Assembly (NCBI GenBank): GCA_015680685.1
Contig: MNCI01000405.1
Coordinates: 9,624-73,623, forward strand
Reading direction: 5' to 3'
Origin: Gnetum montanum
Taxonomy: Eukaryota; Plantae; Gnetophyta
DNA length: 64,000 bases
The position numbers and the translations under genes were made by a program. The first letter of the stretch is position 1; the number at the start of each line of letters is the position of its first letter. The notes beneath the pieces are model-generated. The model saw nothing but the letters and a program-made list of their open reading frames with translations. It ran no database searches and was not told the DNA's origin. Shown here piece by piece: positions 1-13,814 of this stretch.

Positions 1-634
1 TAGCCTAAGTGTGATAAGTAGCCGATTCCTTGGCTAGCCGTACACACCCGTGGATGTTCGTAGCCAAGTCGTACTTATCACACGTTCTAGCCTAGCGATG
101 AGTAGCCGATTCCTTAACTAGCCGTACACATTGGACTACTACTGGGATTACCAAGCGCAGATCCTGAAATATGCTACTGGGTTACCAAGCAGTCACAATG
201 CTCGTAGTCAAGTCGTACTCACGCGTTGCGATGAGCAGCCGATTCCTTGATTAGCCGTACACATCCGTAGATGCTCGTAATCAAGTCGTACTCATGCACA
301 CTAGGAAAGCAATAAATAACAATAAATAAAACCATGTACTGCAAGGTTTATCCAATCAAGTTCATCTTTATTTCCGTACACAACTTGTGTTCAGGTTACA
401 AAGTTGCTCGAATAAAGAGCCATTCACTCTAGGACTCCTACTGCGGGCACATGGGAAATTAATCTAACTCTGGAGTGTTCAAACTGCCAGAGCTTCGCTA
501 CTTCTAGCTAGGATTGGGAAATGAAGGGAGTGCCGCCTCTTATTTATAGATATGGCAGTAGACCACGATATCGCGTACGTGATATCGCAAGGAAAGATGT
601 GATATCGCGGCACTATGCATGTCGCGTCTCATCA
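1..634 (-). mobile_element. Athila-family LTR (partial, runs off window), inserted antisense into another Athila copy
   Basis: Ends in CTCATCA (628-634); shares GGAAAGCAATAAATAAC, CCGCCTCTTATTTATAGATATG and GATATCGC arrays with the LTRs at 39752-40525 and 60709-61594; not followed by a PPT, so it is an outer end. Confidence 0.8.
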
Positions 635-1867
635 CCTATGAAGAGGAACGACAACTATTTGCAGCATGCATGTCAAGGCCAATCAAGTGTTCCTGCAGCT
701 GTTGTGTCCATGGAAAGTGCCAACTCCATCAAACATTGGAACATCAGTATGGACATCTCATAATCCATGGATAGAAGAGAAGAAATGTTAGGTGCTTCTT
801 CAATGGTATCAATCTCAGAAGCCTGGCGCGTAGAACAAAGGAAAGGCATCCATGGAGAAGCCACCACTACCGAGAACCCTATGAGTTCCACAAATTTTTT
901 CTTTTGTGTCTGTGTCCAAATTTTTTTTAATCCTCCACTGCGACATGAATAAACTCCTAGTCAATCAATAATCCCATACCTATCCACTATGTAATCAATT
1001 GAACTTGTTCCTCACTTTCTTTGACTCGAGGATGAGTTGTTATTCAGTTGTGGGGATATGATGAGTCATGGTCTGTCAAGCCTAGTTATCGGAGCCCTGT
1101 TATCTAATGAGTTCCAATATCGAAGCCCTGTTAATTGATGAGCCCTGATATCGAAGCCCTGTTATCGAACCCCCGATATCGGGGTTGCGTTAACTACGTC
1201 GCGTATACGGGGCCCTGTATACGTGGCTGCGTCGACGTGGACCCGTCGATGCATCCACCCATGCGTCGATGTGGCCCCGTTTACGTAAAGTCTATATTTA
1301 GCTATAAATAAGCGTGCACCCGCCACACTTAGGCATCTTTTCTAGTAGTTGTAGNNNNNNNNNNNNNNNNNNNNNNNNNNNNNNNNNNNNNNNNNNNNNN
1401 NNNNNNNNNNNNNNNNNNNNNNNNNNNNNNNNNNNNNNNNNNNNNNNNNNNNNNNNNNNNNNNNNNNNNNNNNNNNNNNNNNNNNNNNNNNNNNNNNNNN
1501 NNNNNNNNNNNNNNNNNNNNNNNNNNNNNNNNNNNNNNNNNNNNNNNNNNNNNNNNNNNNNNNNNNNNNNNNNNNNNNNNNNNNNNNNNNNTAGCTTAGA
1601 CTTCATTTCCTATTGCTTATTAGTTTAATCAAGATTATTTTCCATTGTCTCTAGGAGTGGCACTAATTTAGGATCACATCATACACCTCACTCTAAACTA
1701 AACCATACGTGACAAAGCAAATACTAGTCCAGGTGGGAAGATAGCGAACTGTGATCAATGTGTAACTATCTAGATACCACAACTAGCCTGTCTACGGAGT
1801 TCAACTGGATTGCATGTGAATGCTCGTATTCGTATGGTTGAGTGTAGGGGTACCTTGCCACTCATCA
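635..1867 (+). mobile_element. 3' end of an Athila-family element: extra-ORF tail, PPT and 3' LTR (1059-1867, spans an N gap)
   Basis: 840-1070 is the reverse complement of ~61583-61820; PPT-like AGTTGTGGGGATA precedes TGATGAG at 1059; LTR ends CTCATCA at 1867. Confidence 0.8.
1355..1591. other. assembly gap (N run)
   Basis: 237 Ns. Confidence 1.
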
Positions 1868-2539
1868 TCATGTCAAATCACATTAAGTTTAGAGATAAAG
1901 ATAATTTGGGATAAACTAAAATACTTTGTCCATTTTGAAAATTTACTTACTTAGAGCTTTTTGTATGAGAGATTATGTATGGTAACATATGGGGAGAACA
2001 TGGAAAAGTGGGTAGGATGCACTAGAGGACATATCGGCTAAAGGTAATGGATTCTATGGAAGAGGTGAAGGTTGCACTAGCAATGCTAAGATAAGTTTTT
2101 TTATTTTATTCTATTCATATTTCAATTTTCATTCACAAAGATTTGTGCAAAGCTTTTGGCAAGAAACAATAGTGCAGATGAAGCTCGTTTGTGCTAGGAA
2201 GCTTCTAGATATGCTAGTAGTACCAACAATGGTAGGTGCCCATCTACATTAGTGTCAAACATGCCACATAGGCCTCTACATTGGATGAGATATTAAGGTA
2301 GTAGTAGAGAGAGGGTTTTGATGATAGAGCCTTAGTCAAGAATGACATTTGTAATCGAAATGTAGGCAGTAGGCGGTAGACATGGTGGGAGATGAAGATG
2401 TATTAATCATCAATGTTGTTGGGGTTAGGCAGGCAGCACAAGTCTAGGACCTAAATGCACTAGTGATGTGCTAGGGTAGAAAAAAGATGCAATGATAAGG
2501 GGTGCTTGTTGGTCATTAAGAAAGTCACATAAACGCAGG

Positions 2540-3135
2540 AAGAAAAAGGTGCAACTCCGCGTGACGAAATTCACGGTTGAAATTAAAGCTAAGCTCATCA
2601 TGGCAATAGACTGCTGTCTTGTCTATACCAGCTGTACGACAAGGAAGTCCACGCCCGTCACAACTTTAAATAATACGCTACTCCCATTATCAGTCGAGAT
2701 TTCTGGTTTCTCAGGGTCGAAGTCTAGACATGGAAATTGACCTTTTTTCCGTTGTCGATTTCCGAAAGTGTGTCCAAGGTGAAGAAGGCACTTTTAATTA
2801 CGAAAACTCAAAATTTAATTTAAATTAACAAGCAAAAGAAATTTTACATATGATAATATTNGAATTACGAAAACTCAAAAACTAATTTAAATTAACAAGC
2901 AAAAGAAATTTTACATATGATAATATTAACAATTACAGAGTTCCCCTCACGAGAGGCTGTCAAGAAACTTGATTACAGCAATACAACAACCAATAACAAA
3001 ATATGATAAAGATGTCATCATTGATTTTGTTACTTGAGTGGCATAAGGAAAAATTCCTACTCCCCGTGATGGAAAGTTACCCCGAAATCTGCATCACCGT
3101 AGAAATCAAGGGCAACAATTAAAGCAAACAAGAAA
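2540..3135 (+). repeat. left arm of a ~600-bp diverged inverted repeat (partner 27975-28668); candidate Mutator-like TIR
   Basis: Colinear reverse-complement matches: 2541-2590 to 28507-28525 plus 28641-28666; 2647-2677 to 28383-28415; 2818-2860 to ~28213-28254; ~2975-3015 to ~28099-28140; 3060-3109 to 27997-28045. Confidence 0.8.
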
Positions 3136-3719
3136 ATATAGAGTTTGCCTCCAGTATAGAGTCATGAATGACAATTAAAAATCAGGTATCCAGCCCAACG
3201 GATTTATCAAGATTGGTTTAGTCCTTCGCATTCTTCTGCATCCACTACTCCCAGTCAGACCTGCAACCACCCAGCGCATAATGTTCATGGCAATTTCCAC
3301 CCACGCGCTGCAAACAGCAGCAACAGGAAAGAGTAATGGCGGCACGGAACAGACCCAACGTTACAGTACGGTGCAGGAATGACGCAACCACTGCTACCAC
3401 CACGACGCAAAGAAAACGGTTGCTCCCATCAATGCAATGGGTAGAAAACAGGTGCAGGAGCTTGACAAAAGCCCACCAATCACATGCAGGAAACGACAAC
3501 AGCCACCACCCACGCGCCGCAAAGAAAGACGCAGCTGCGAACCTACGAGCTCTGGACTCACCATTATCCGTTTCCAGGCTGCACTCGTATTGTCAAAAAG
3601 AAATAACTCTGTTTTCTGACGTTAGTGCCCACATGCAGGGAGCTTCCAATAATCTTTGAGAACTTATCGTTTTCCCTGGTTGTAGATGCCTGTGGGTGAA
3701 CGTGAATAAACTGGATGTT

Positions 3720-4426
3720 TTTCTATCATTGTTTGGAATTAACAATTTTGTCGGAGCTTTCAGCGTGCTTAGTCAGCTCGGTAGTGTACCGCTGAGGTTG
3801 TTGGTCGGGTTGGTATACTCTTTAATTCGGTAAGCCTAGAAAGATCTAGAACAGTTCCCGTTAAACTATCATTGGACAAAACCCTGTATTCTAAATATGC
3901 ATAATTCCAAGTTGGAGGTATATGACTGCTAGGGTTAAGCCCGGAGAAATTCATTCCAGAAACCTGTGTCTTAGACATCGTATACGCTCCCATACGAATC
4001 CGTAACAAGGATCAGATTTCCATGTTGTATAGTTGAAGCCAAACGTCTTGTTGAATTCTTTCAGAACATTCACATCGACTGGGTTGGTCAAGGGATCTGA
4101 TTGCATAATATGATAAATGTCGTAACTTCTGCATTATAACTCTTAAGCTTTCTTTCTGGTATCAAGGCAACTTCTGCAGCAGTGTATATATCTCCTATGC
4201 TAACATTCACATTCACATCCTCCATAAAAACATTAAAACTGGATAATGTCTTGACCTTCCAAAACTGAGCAAAGTGGTAAAAGGACAATGTTGGCTGGTG
4301 TTCAAAGAACCTGAGAAAGCCACCGGTCCAACTGTTGTTTAAGAGCATCCTTGTTTCTGCTGATAATACTTGAGCGGCTCCCAGGCTTCCAGCGACTGAA
4401 CTTCCTCTTAATTCAGAGGCGGTCAT
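3720..4426 (-). pseudogene. malectin-like LRR receptor kinase (LRR-I type) ectodomain fragment, frameshifted
   Basis: Minus-strand translation across frames: malectin-like C-terminus (SFYHFAQF..SSFNVFM..NAEV), then TNPVDVNVLKEFNKTFGFNYTTWKSDPCYGFVWERIRC (W-x-x-DPC cap), then LRRs VSGMNFSGLNPSSHIPP, LSNDSLTGTVLDLSRLTELKSI, NNLSGTLPS*LSTLKAPTKLLIPNN; frameshifts and a stop; no kinase seen. Confidence 0.75.
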
Positions 4427-5878
4427 TCATGGGTTTCCATTCATTCTTAAACGTGAATAGAAAAACATTCTTAGTTGAAGTTCCATTGTCATGGTACTAC
4501 ATGACCCAAAAGCATTTAACATTAACATTTAATAATTCAAAGGTTAAATAATATTTTTCAGAAGCACCCTTATGTCTTATGCAATTGGTTTAAAAGAGGG
4601 GGTGACCGTGACGTTGTGAGACCCTACCATAGTAGTTAAACATATCAATCATGGCCCCATGCTAGCATGGGAGAGTTAGCATCAACACATTCATTGCAAG
4701 TTTAGCAATAGAACTCAACAAAATATAGCAAGGTTAGTCCTAGAAAATTACATAATGATACATTATAGCATATCATCAAGGAGGTGTAACTTAGTTCCCG
4801 TTTGTGGCTTGCATCATGGTTTTATGTATTGTCTTACATTTAGTCATGGTTAAATAAAGTTTGTAGTCAAAAATCAATATTTTATAATACTAGAATCAAT
4901 ATTGATGCATAAATTTTGGTTGCACTAACACCTGGGGAAAAACTTGTTTGAAGAAACTAATACCTAGGGTGCCTCCTGTATGGGTATAGAAACTTAGGAA
5001 TAGTCTCAACTAGAGAGGGCTATGTGGTCTTTTGAAAACAGTAAAAAGAAATGAGAATTTTAATTTGAATGAGTGTCTCGAATTCAAGAATATCAAAGGT
5101 AACCAAAATAAATTTTCCCTGCTTTCCAGCTATTATTGCTATTTTCCATTCGTCAGTTGTGGACGTTGTCATAGCCAACAATACCTATAGTCGCCAGAGA
5201 AGAGAGAGAGAGAGAAGATGCTGGATGAAGGGACCCATTGATGCATAGATAGAACTTGCCCTGTCGCCAGCACGAGAGGAGGAAATTTGTCCTTGTTTGG
5301 AGAACCCTACCGCAAATGCACCATCCTTTAAAAATAGAATGGAACTGTAAAACCCATGCCTACAACTGCTACTATCTACTATTGCAACACCACAGCAAAG
5401 AGAGAGAATGAGCCACCAAATCCCTCTATCACATGCCGATAGATGCATTGTTGTCTCCAGTCCTATGTTTGCCGCCATCACAGGTCTACCATGAAAAGGG
5501 AAAAGAAAACCGTTGCCTCTTGGTTTCCTACTAAGATTGTTGATGACCATCCATGTAACTCTACCATTGTTGACTGTCACTAGTCCATTGCCAAGAATAA
5601 AGAAACAAGACTGCAGAATCCACCTACCATGCCCACCGTCCATGCATGTTATTTGCGCCACTGTCGCTCCAAGAAAAGTAGGAGAAGAGAAAGAGAGAGA
5701 AAACTATCGTCCGCTAGTTTCTTAGCCCCCTAGAGACCCCCTTGCCCATCTACGTGCACCTCAATGGAGAGAGAGATGCAGTTGTTTGGAAAGAGAGCCT
5801 AATTTGTTAAGGAGGCCCTCACTTTCCTCCTTCAACATCGTCTTCATTGTTTGCTTTATAGCTATCTGCTATTGACGT

Positions 5879-6033
5879 TTCACCTCTCTACATATCGATC
5901 CACCTCCTCACACATTGATTCACCTTCTCGCACATCAGTCCACCTCCCCGCATGTCAGTTCACCTTCCTGCACATCAATTCACCTTCCTGCACATCAACC
6001 TTCCTGCACGTCAATTCACCTTCCGCATGTCAA
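5879..6033. repeat. degenerate ~20-bp minisatellite (TTCACCTTCCTGCACATCAA-like), ~8 copies
   Basis: Seen directly. Confidence 0.75.
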
Positions 6034-6751
6034 CATTGCTTAGTGAAATAGTATATGATTTTACAGGATAGTTTTGTTGATCATGGCCCTGTGCAATAGC
6101 ATGGGCGAGGTTGGGCACAACATAACCATTTACAACTTGTCAATAATTTGGACATGAATCTATGGAATACAATTCAGAGTAATAAGACTAGCAAATAACT
6201 CTCACAAGTGATATGGAAAATCACAAATTTTTGAGGGAGATAAAAGTAAACGAGAAGTATGATGGTTGGCATTAAAAGGTCAAAAAAAGATGTGACATGT
6301 AGAATTAGATTTAGAGTAGCAAATAAAGATTAGGGATGGGTTGACACCATTTGTGTGATCATTTCAGTATTTTGCACTCCATCCAATTGGACTTGCTTAC
6401 TTCTTTTCTTTTTCTAAATTATTATTATTTTCAATTTCATTTTGTCTGTGCAAAGCAAGTATTAAATGTGGTTTGAAAAATAGGGTATTATTTCATGGCC
6501 AATATTTTTTTAAAAAAATATTTTTTCAAATTCTTTGCCAATTAGTAGTACAATGGTAAGCTTATGTCTTGCATCTAAGTTCTTACATTTACTTCTACTT
6601 TCTTATATCTATTAGGGTGAGACAAACAAGGATTTTTTTTCTTATAACTTAGTGGCACCCATTGAAATTGAACTTAAGTTTTCTTGGATTTATTGTGACC
6701 ACACTAATTTCAAATTTCTTTTATGGACATTTGTTTTTCCATAACTCAACA

Positions 6752-6820
6752 TGGTGTACTAGAATTTGAACTCATGACTTATGTTAACTTGCTAAGATTC
6801 TTATCACTGAGGTAACAAGT
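6752..6820 (-). mobile_element. tRNA-derived SINE-like remnant
   Basis: Minus strand has A-box-like TACCTCAGTGATA and B-box-like GAGTTCAAATT; related copies at ~6944-7000 (+) and ~47335-47398 (-). Confidence 0.45.
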
Positions 6821-8299
6821 TGCAAGTTTGCTAGTGAGAAGTGTCTCAAGTGGTCAACTTCAATTCATCATTGTCATCATCATCATTATAGCATTATTTG
6901 AACAAAATGGAGTAGTTAATACATTGTAAGTGTGACCCTTTTTCTTGTGGTAAGACACTTGAGTTGGAAGCTCCAAGTCATGGATTCAATTCCAATGGGT
7001 AATGCTGAGTTATATAAAGTTCTTATTAATCTTACGATTTTGTATGATGCATAATGCTTTGTTTTAAAAAAGCATTAGGCTCAATGCATTTATGTTATAG
7101 AGATGCATCTACTAAGGTGAATGTTGGATGTGACTAGAAAAGATCTTATCAACAACTTTCTCTCTTTCTTTGAAGAATGGTTAACCCAGTTTGATAATGG
7201 GCTTGGCACATCTAGAAGATTGAAACCTTATTACATTATTAATCATGCTAGAGATAAAATTGAAAATTCTAGAAAATATCAACAAAAAAAGAAAAATGTT
7301 GAAACAAAAGTGAAGCTCCTAGAGCTCATAGTGCAAACAAAAAAAAAGGTCTTACATACTAATACAAAACAAGAATAATCAAACACTAAGAATGTGTTTG
7401 GTTGCTTGATTCTATATATATTAAATTGTTAAAGATGTTGAATCCAAATACTTATGTGATAAAATAAGTCCTAAAAGAGTAAAGCAAGATAGATTCAAAG
7501 AAAAACACTATAGAATGGTAAAGCAATATTGAAAAGCCAAAGTATAAATTTTTTTCTCAAATGTATAGAGTTCAGCAACTCAAGGCGTTATTACTTAAAA
7601 TTTAACACCATCATGGTAGTGAAAGAAGGTAAAAAAATTTTCAACCAACCTTAAAGATAGGGCCCTAATATCATATTGGTCTTATGAAAAAAGCCACTAA
7701 TTTCTACATCATAAGGTATGAAAGGCAAATTCAATAAGGGTTTTATGTTTGTGGAATTTTCAATTTTCTCAAATTTGGTAGGTTCAAGAGATTACATTAT
7801 CATGAATGTATATGTAGTTATCCTATAGGATATATTATTGTTGGTGATAGGGCTACTGATAGTTTCCTTCAGCATAAGACAGCCTCTTGGGTGTCTATCT
7901 CTTGACAAACTCTAGATTTAAGGCATAAACTCTAGACTCATAAAGATGTAACACTATTAGGCAACAACTCTTTGGATGTTTGTATTAGCAAATGTCATAA
8001 GCATCATCATTTGACTTAGAGTTTGCAACCTCCTCTACTGTAGACACTTTCCCTTTCTACTAATAATAGTCATTTTCTACATATCTCTTCTTTTTCCTAT
8101 CCTTGTCTTTAGTTCTCCCCTGTTCTACTTTCTCCTCCATAATATTAAGTTTTTTTAAAAAAATTTGGTCTATGAAGTTTTACATTTTATCAACCTTTAC
8201 AAAAATTTCAATAATTGACTTTTAAATAGGTAGGGTATTTCTTTGCACAACTTCCTCCAATGATGCTTCTTCTTCATAGAGAAGAACCTCCATTTGTAG

Positions 8300-10806
8300 A
8301 TAGAGGGTTTCCTATTATAATCCTCTACATTTTCTCTCTTCTTGAGTTCCCCTTCCTCTTTTGCCATTTAATCAATGAGCCTTTTATTTTGATGGACTTT
8401 TATTTTAGATAATCTAACTTGGTCATAGAGCATAAGAGTCTTTTTTGTCTTATTTCAAAGTTCATCAATGATATGGCATAGTTATTCCCCTTGAGAAAAG
8501 TGATGGCCTAAGCATTAATGAAGTAGAGAATAATACCTACCCAAGGCTATATCAAGGAACTTATGATTATCTTATCTCCACCCTTGGATTTGCTTTCTCA
8601 AGTTGGACACTAAGAAGTACATTTGATAGTTGTCCTTAAGTAGCTCAAGCATCATACTCCACCTCTTGATGAATTCTAGTTCCAAAAAAGTAGTACCAAC
8701 TTTTTGCTTCTTTGACAAGTATTATTGAAAATAATTTTAGATTTTACTATTCATTTTCAATATTCTACAAAAAATAAGCATCATTGAAGGCTTGCAAATT
8801 ATGTTGTAGATTCACATTATAGCCTCCTTTGAACGTAGGGATATTGTTCATATCCAACCATTGGATTTAGTTGTCCCTTAATGCTTGGTAGGGATGCATA
8901 TCACCTCCTTGATGTTGATCATGCTTCTGATCCTTCATAATCATCATGATCTTCATGGTCCCTATCATTACCATGTCTCCTTTAGTGTTGCCAACTATGC
9001 CTTCATTCACATTTATGTCCAACTTCACGCTCATGTCTACAATCTATTTTGTCATCTTAGTGATGGTTCCTTCTATCATCTCCACCCAATCTATGATCAT
9101 TTCCCCTTCTATCTTGGCCATGCTCACCCTTGTTAAAGCTTGATGCTGAGGATGAAGAGGATGATGATTGAGAACTAGGAGAGTTATGTTAGCTTACTAT
9201 CCTCTATTAATCTCTTTGATGTTCTTTTGGTTACCTATTAAAGGACCTTGGCCTTGAGGCCTCCCTTGTGTTGGGTTTTATTTTTCCCTTACCTTGGTTG
9301 CTTATTAAGGTTGAACATAGCCATGGATGATTGATGTCATCTCTGCTAAAAGGAGGAGGATTCTAGCATTAGATTAGACTAATTGATAATTGGTATCTCC
9401 TTTTCATATTGTAATGTCAATTGAATAGTAGCCACTTTTTCCTTGGAAGCTTCATGTCATGACTTCATGAAACGGTCCTTTCATAGTTGGATCTTGGTGG
9501 GCTAGTAGGGTCTAGATATTTCATCAACATATTTATAGTCTAGAGCTGCTAATTTAATTCTCATCTTCATCAATGTTGCCATGATCATTGACAACACTGA
9601 GTAGTCAAGTGTCAATATAATGTTACCTTCCAAGTTCCTCCATTACAATTATTCATCTTGGTGAAGAATGAAAGTGTAATTTAGATAGTATGGGTCTAGA
9701 TGCTAGTAGACCACTTTTAGTTATTGTGGCACTTTGTTTCAATTCTTAATGGTTTTGAACATGTTCCTTTGTTGAATCATCAGCAGATGGGAAATCCACC
9801 ATTCAAGAAGAAGATATATGCAATTAATAAGTGTGTCTTTGAATACAATATTATTATTTTCAAATAATTGATTATTTTAGGCTCTAACAACAATCCTTGA
9901 ATAATCTTAACTATCTAAAACACTAGCACTAGTTCTCAACAATGACTTCAATGATGAATAGTAAAGTAGATCCTACACCCAACTATACATATTAAAAGTA
10001 TGCATGCAAAATCCAATCAAATTTTGTGGACTAAAACTAGTTTAAATATCTTAGATAGCTAAGTGTCAGATCTTGGTTGTTGTCTTTCCAATCATACTTG
10101 GGTAGACTTCATTTGTATAATTAAATGTGATTGAGGCACATGATGAAAAAAGTATTATTGAAATACTAAAATATTAAATATTAAATTTCTAAACTAATTA
10201 ATCTAAGGGAAAGAAATAAGTTTAATTCAACCTAAGAATGGAGTAACCATTTTTAACTTGTCATATACATCTTGAATATGCATCAACATTGTCAGGTCAC
10301 CAAGTGTTCACTACTAGGCATACCAAGTGGTACACTAGTAAGATTACCAAACATTAATGCTTTTATGCTTGAAGTTATTCATACTCATGCAATTTAGTTA
10401 AGTAAGATAAAAGGTAAATTAATTAACCAAGTACATAAAATTAAAGAACATTTAAGGGAAATTGTAATTAAGAAAATTATAAAGCTAAGCCAATTGCTAT
10501 AATGAATGAAATGGATCTCAACTTTATTGTTGCCATAAAAATATGACCAACTACATCATCACGCGAATAAAATTCTATACCATATATTTGATTCACATTG
10601 TGAGCACTCAATGAATATTGCTAACTACTAAAATGGATAAAATTTCATTAATGGAATAACCGAATGATCCTACAAATGAGGTGGGTATGTGCATTTATAT
10701 AGGCATTTATCAATCTTGCATAAATGCTAGTGTGTTGACAAAGCAAGGCATACATTGATGTTAATGCGCTAATGCTACTACGTTGACATGATTGACTAAT
10801 TCAACA
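8300..10806 (-). mobile_element. old truncated Athila-family element: gag remnant plus 5' LTR (~9952-10806)
   Basis: 8640-8880 is homologous to the gag region at ~23870-24100; degenerate TGATGAA LTR end at 9952 next to an eroded PBS; LTR motifs shared with 25217-26068. Confidence 0.6.
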
Positions 10807-12369
10807 TTTATTAGTTGTAATTTCTTCAAGATATTTTATCATCATGTATAAAGTTGTAAATGAATATATTCGTACATGAGCTTTTATCTATAATCATCAT
10901 ATAGATGTTCCACCTTTGTGTATCTTTTATCATAATTATATTGAAATAACAAATCACCTTTTTCTCCATTGTTAGTTTGCTACTACTCTTTGGATTACTT
11001 TAGCTCTAGAATGGGAGATCTACCATGGAGATAAGACTAGAGTTTCTATTTGACTTTCTTTTCTTCCAATTTTTTTTTTTATGAAATATATATGAAGAGA
11101 AAATTTTGTATTTATAAGTCACAAGAAAGACATGTCCAATTTTTTTGGAATTCATTTTATTGAAATGAAAAGAGCTAGCTTCCATGAAAAAGCATTTTTC
11201 CTAGTATAAGCACTGTAAAAGTATGTAATTAAGACTATTGAGCTTGAATCACTTTGTGGGCATGACCATAATAGATCTAGGATTTTCATCTTTCAATATA
11301 TGTAGTTTTGCTTTTATAATTAGCTTTTACCATAGGATGCAACCAATCCTTTTATATTAAAAATAAAATATTACATTATAAAAAGATTTATAAGTTTAGA
11401 AAAGGCATTTATAATGAACATATATCAAAATTTGGCTTAGGACATGCATAGAGAAATTGATCCTTCCTCCATGTATACAAACATAATCATTTTGCATTAA
11501 GTAATAATGTGAAAACCAATGGTACCCATGCACCAATTTTGTCATTATTCTAACACCGCCACCTTTTCAATTTGCAAATGCACTATACTTTTAAAAATTA
11601 GATACATCATATAGATCATTGAATAACACCTTCAAGTAGCATAACCAATATTAAGGGCTAATTTAATTTTCATTGCACCTAATTCTACTCCCAGGTAGTG
11701 AAATACATATCGTATTTCCACTAACTCAACATGTTGCCTTAAATTTCATGCCTTGCATAATTTCTTCTTCATGTTGCTATGGAGGATAGGAAAATCACCA
11801 AGCAAATCATGTTTTGGTTTGTCGGGTTAAAACATAATTGATAATAGATTTCTACATTTTGAACAGACTTCAAATACATGGTAATTAGAACTTGTGTATA
11901 TAGTCTATAATGAAGTAAAGAAGAAGCTCCATGATTAAGCATAGAATCATGTTCTATTTCTATAATTTAACTATAGTATAAGGTCAAATCTATTTGATTT
12001 ATAATAAATATTAGTAATGTCACACTTAGAAGGCCATAGGATGTGACTGGGATTTGAGCCCTTGAGCAAGGTTGTATAATTTAATAACTTAATTGAATAG
12101 TTTTGATGCATGTTGTTCATTTTAGTGGATGTCATTATCCTCAATTTAAAATGTTATATAACTTTTGTATATTCCATGCTTATGTTGGATTGGCTCCAAA
12201 GGTTATGTGATGTATAATTCTTTCAAGGCTTAGAAAAAACTTTAGATTTACTTTGGTGAATTACCTTTAATTTTTTTTAAAAAAATTATATCCAAAAGGT
12301 TGTGTAATCCATAACTTCATAGTAAGTGCAACATTGAATGAGCTTACGAACCTTAGTTGTACTAGTTAT

Positions 12370-12798
12370 TGATGAGTAGTGGGTATCCTCTATCCTCTAT
12401 GGCCAACCATACAAATCACTAACATGTATGCGAGATCTAGTCAAATTCTATGGACTCTATTTACCTAAGTGGCCTATGTTCCTAGATGGTGAAATATATG
12501 GTTGCTAGTCATTGTCTTCTCAATCAACACTTGTGTTAATCCATGTGTATGATTAAGTATGAATGAGATGTAAGATATTTATTTTTAATACTTTTTATTA
12601 TTTTCTTTCTTTGTTAAATGATTAAATAAAGAGAAGGTTTATATTTAACTTAATTAACTAAATATCCTAAATGTGGAGCATCCATTCCTAGTTTTTGCAC
12701 ATATCTTGAATGTATACTAACACTGTTGGCTTACCAAGTATCTATTGTTGGGCATACCAAGTATCCACTATTGGGATTACTAAGTGTTAATATATTAT
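12370..12798 (-). mobile_element. older Athila-family LTR, left part (split by element A; continues at 26069-~26470)
   Basis: Starts TGATGAG at 12370; GGGATTACTAAGTGTTAA before the insertion resumes as (AT)GCTTGAAGTGGCTGTACTC at 26069+, matching contiguous LTR sequence at ~25603-25645. Confidence 0.75.
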
Positions 12799-13814
12799 TA
12801 ATGAGCATCAAGTATACCCTACACCCAACCATACGAATCACTAGCATTCACTTAGCGATCCAATTGAATTCCAAAGACTTTAGGTTTCTAAGTACACTGG
12901 TTCTAGGAGGCGAATCTAATTGTTGCAATTATTGTCTCCCTAATTCCACTTGGGAAGTGCAAGTGCATGATTAAGTATTACTAAGGCATATGATTTTTTC
13001 ATTTTAAGTCACCTAAGAATAAGAATAAAAAATAAAGTATTTAATCACTTAACTAGTCTAAGAACTAGCTAATATATAACTAGTCCTAACATAACCATCT
13101 GTTCCCACTTTCTGAACACATCATGAACATGTAATAACACCATTGGGTTACCAAGTGTTAAGCACTACTAGAATTACCAAGTGCTACTGGAATTACCAAG
13201 TGTTAAGCGTATGCTTGAAGTAGTTGTACTTTTGTTTGCTATTTAATTAACATTAATTAAATAATTACAATTCATTAAAGTAAATTACATGAATATAAAT
13301 GTGTAAGAAATAATTAATCTAGTCAAAGTACTGCAAAGTTTGATCAAGAAAGCTCGTCTTTATTTCCATTCACACTAAGGTGCTCAGGTACATCAATGCT
13401 TGAATCAAGATCCATACACTCTTTGACTACTACTATGGGCACTCGAAAAATATTCTAAATTTCAAATGGAAAAACTAAAAGTGCTTTGCTACAACTATAG
13501 AAAGATTTCCATAAATGCAGTGGGTAGGCACACATTTATGGAAGGAAACAGGATGCCCCATTGATGGGTACACATCAATGGGTCAAACTCTACATTGACA
13601 GGATTATGCTAAAGAGATCTCGTCAATGGGGTTGCATTAACAACATTTTGTCAACGTGGCCTAATGATGCAACTCATCATACCCCCACGACTAAATGAAA
13701 ACTCATCCTTAAGTTCTTATAAAATTTGGGAAGGTATGGGATTATTGACCAACTAAAGACACACAAAAAAAAACACAACAAAAATCGATTGCCCAAGTAT
13801 ATGAATTTACAATC

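Noticed and set aside
2795-2927. ~65-bp tandem duplication around a single N
   Set aside because: Duplication straddles an assembly join at 2861; probably a contig-overlap artefact
3245-3660. GC-rich short ORFs with a repeated HPRAA peptide
   Set aside because: No family recognisable in any frame; may be a second captured fragment but cannot be supported
4615-6145. ~70-bp direct repeat (about 4643-4710 and 6076-6145) and ORF 5185-5661
   Set aside because: Looks like eroded LTR sequence; no termini, TSD or coding motifs established
6752-7000. tRNA genes
   Set aside because: A/B-box-like motifs only, with no intact cloverleaf; treated as SINE remnants
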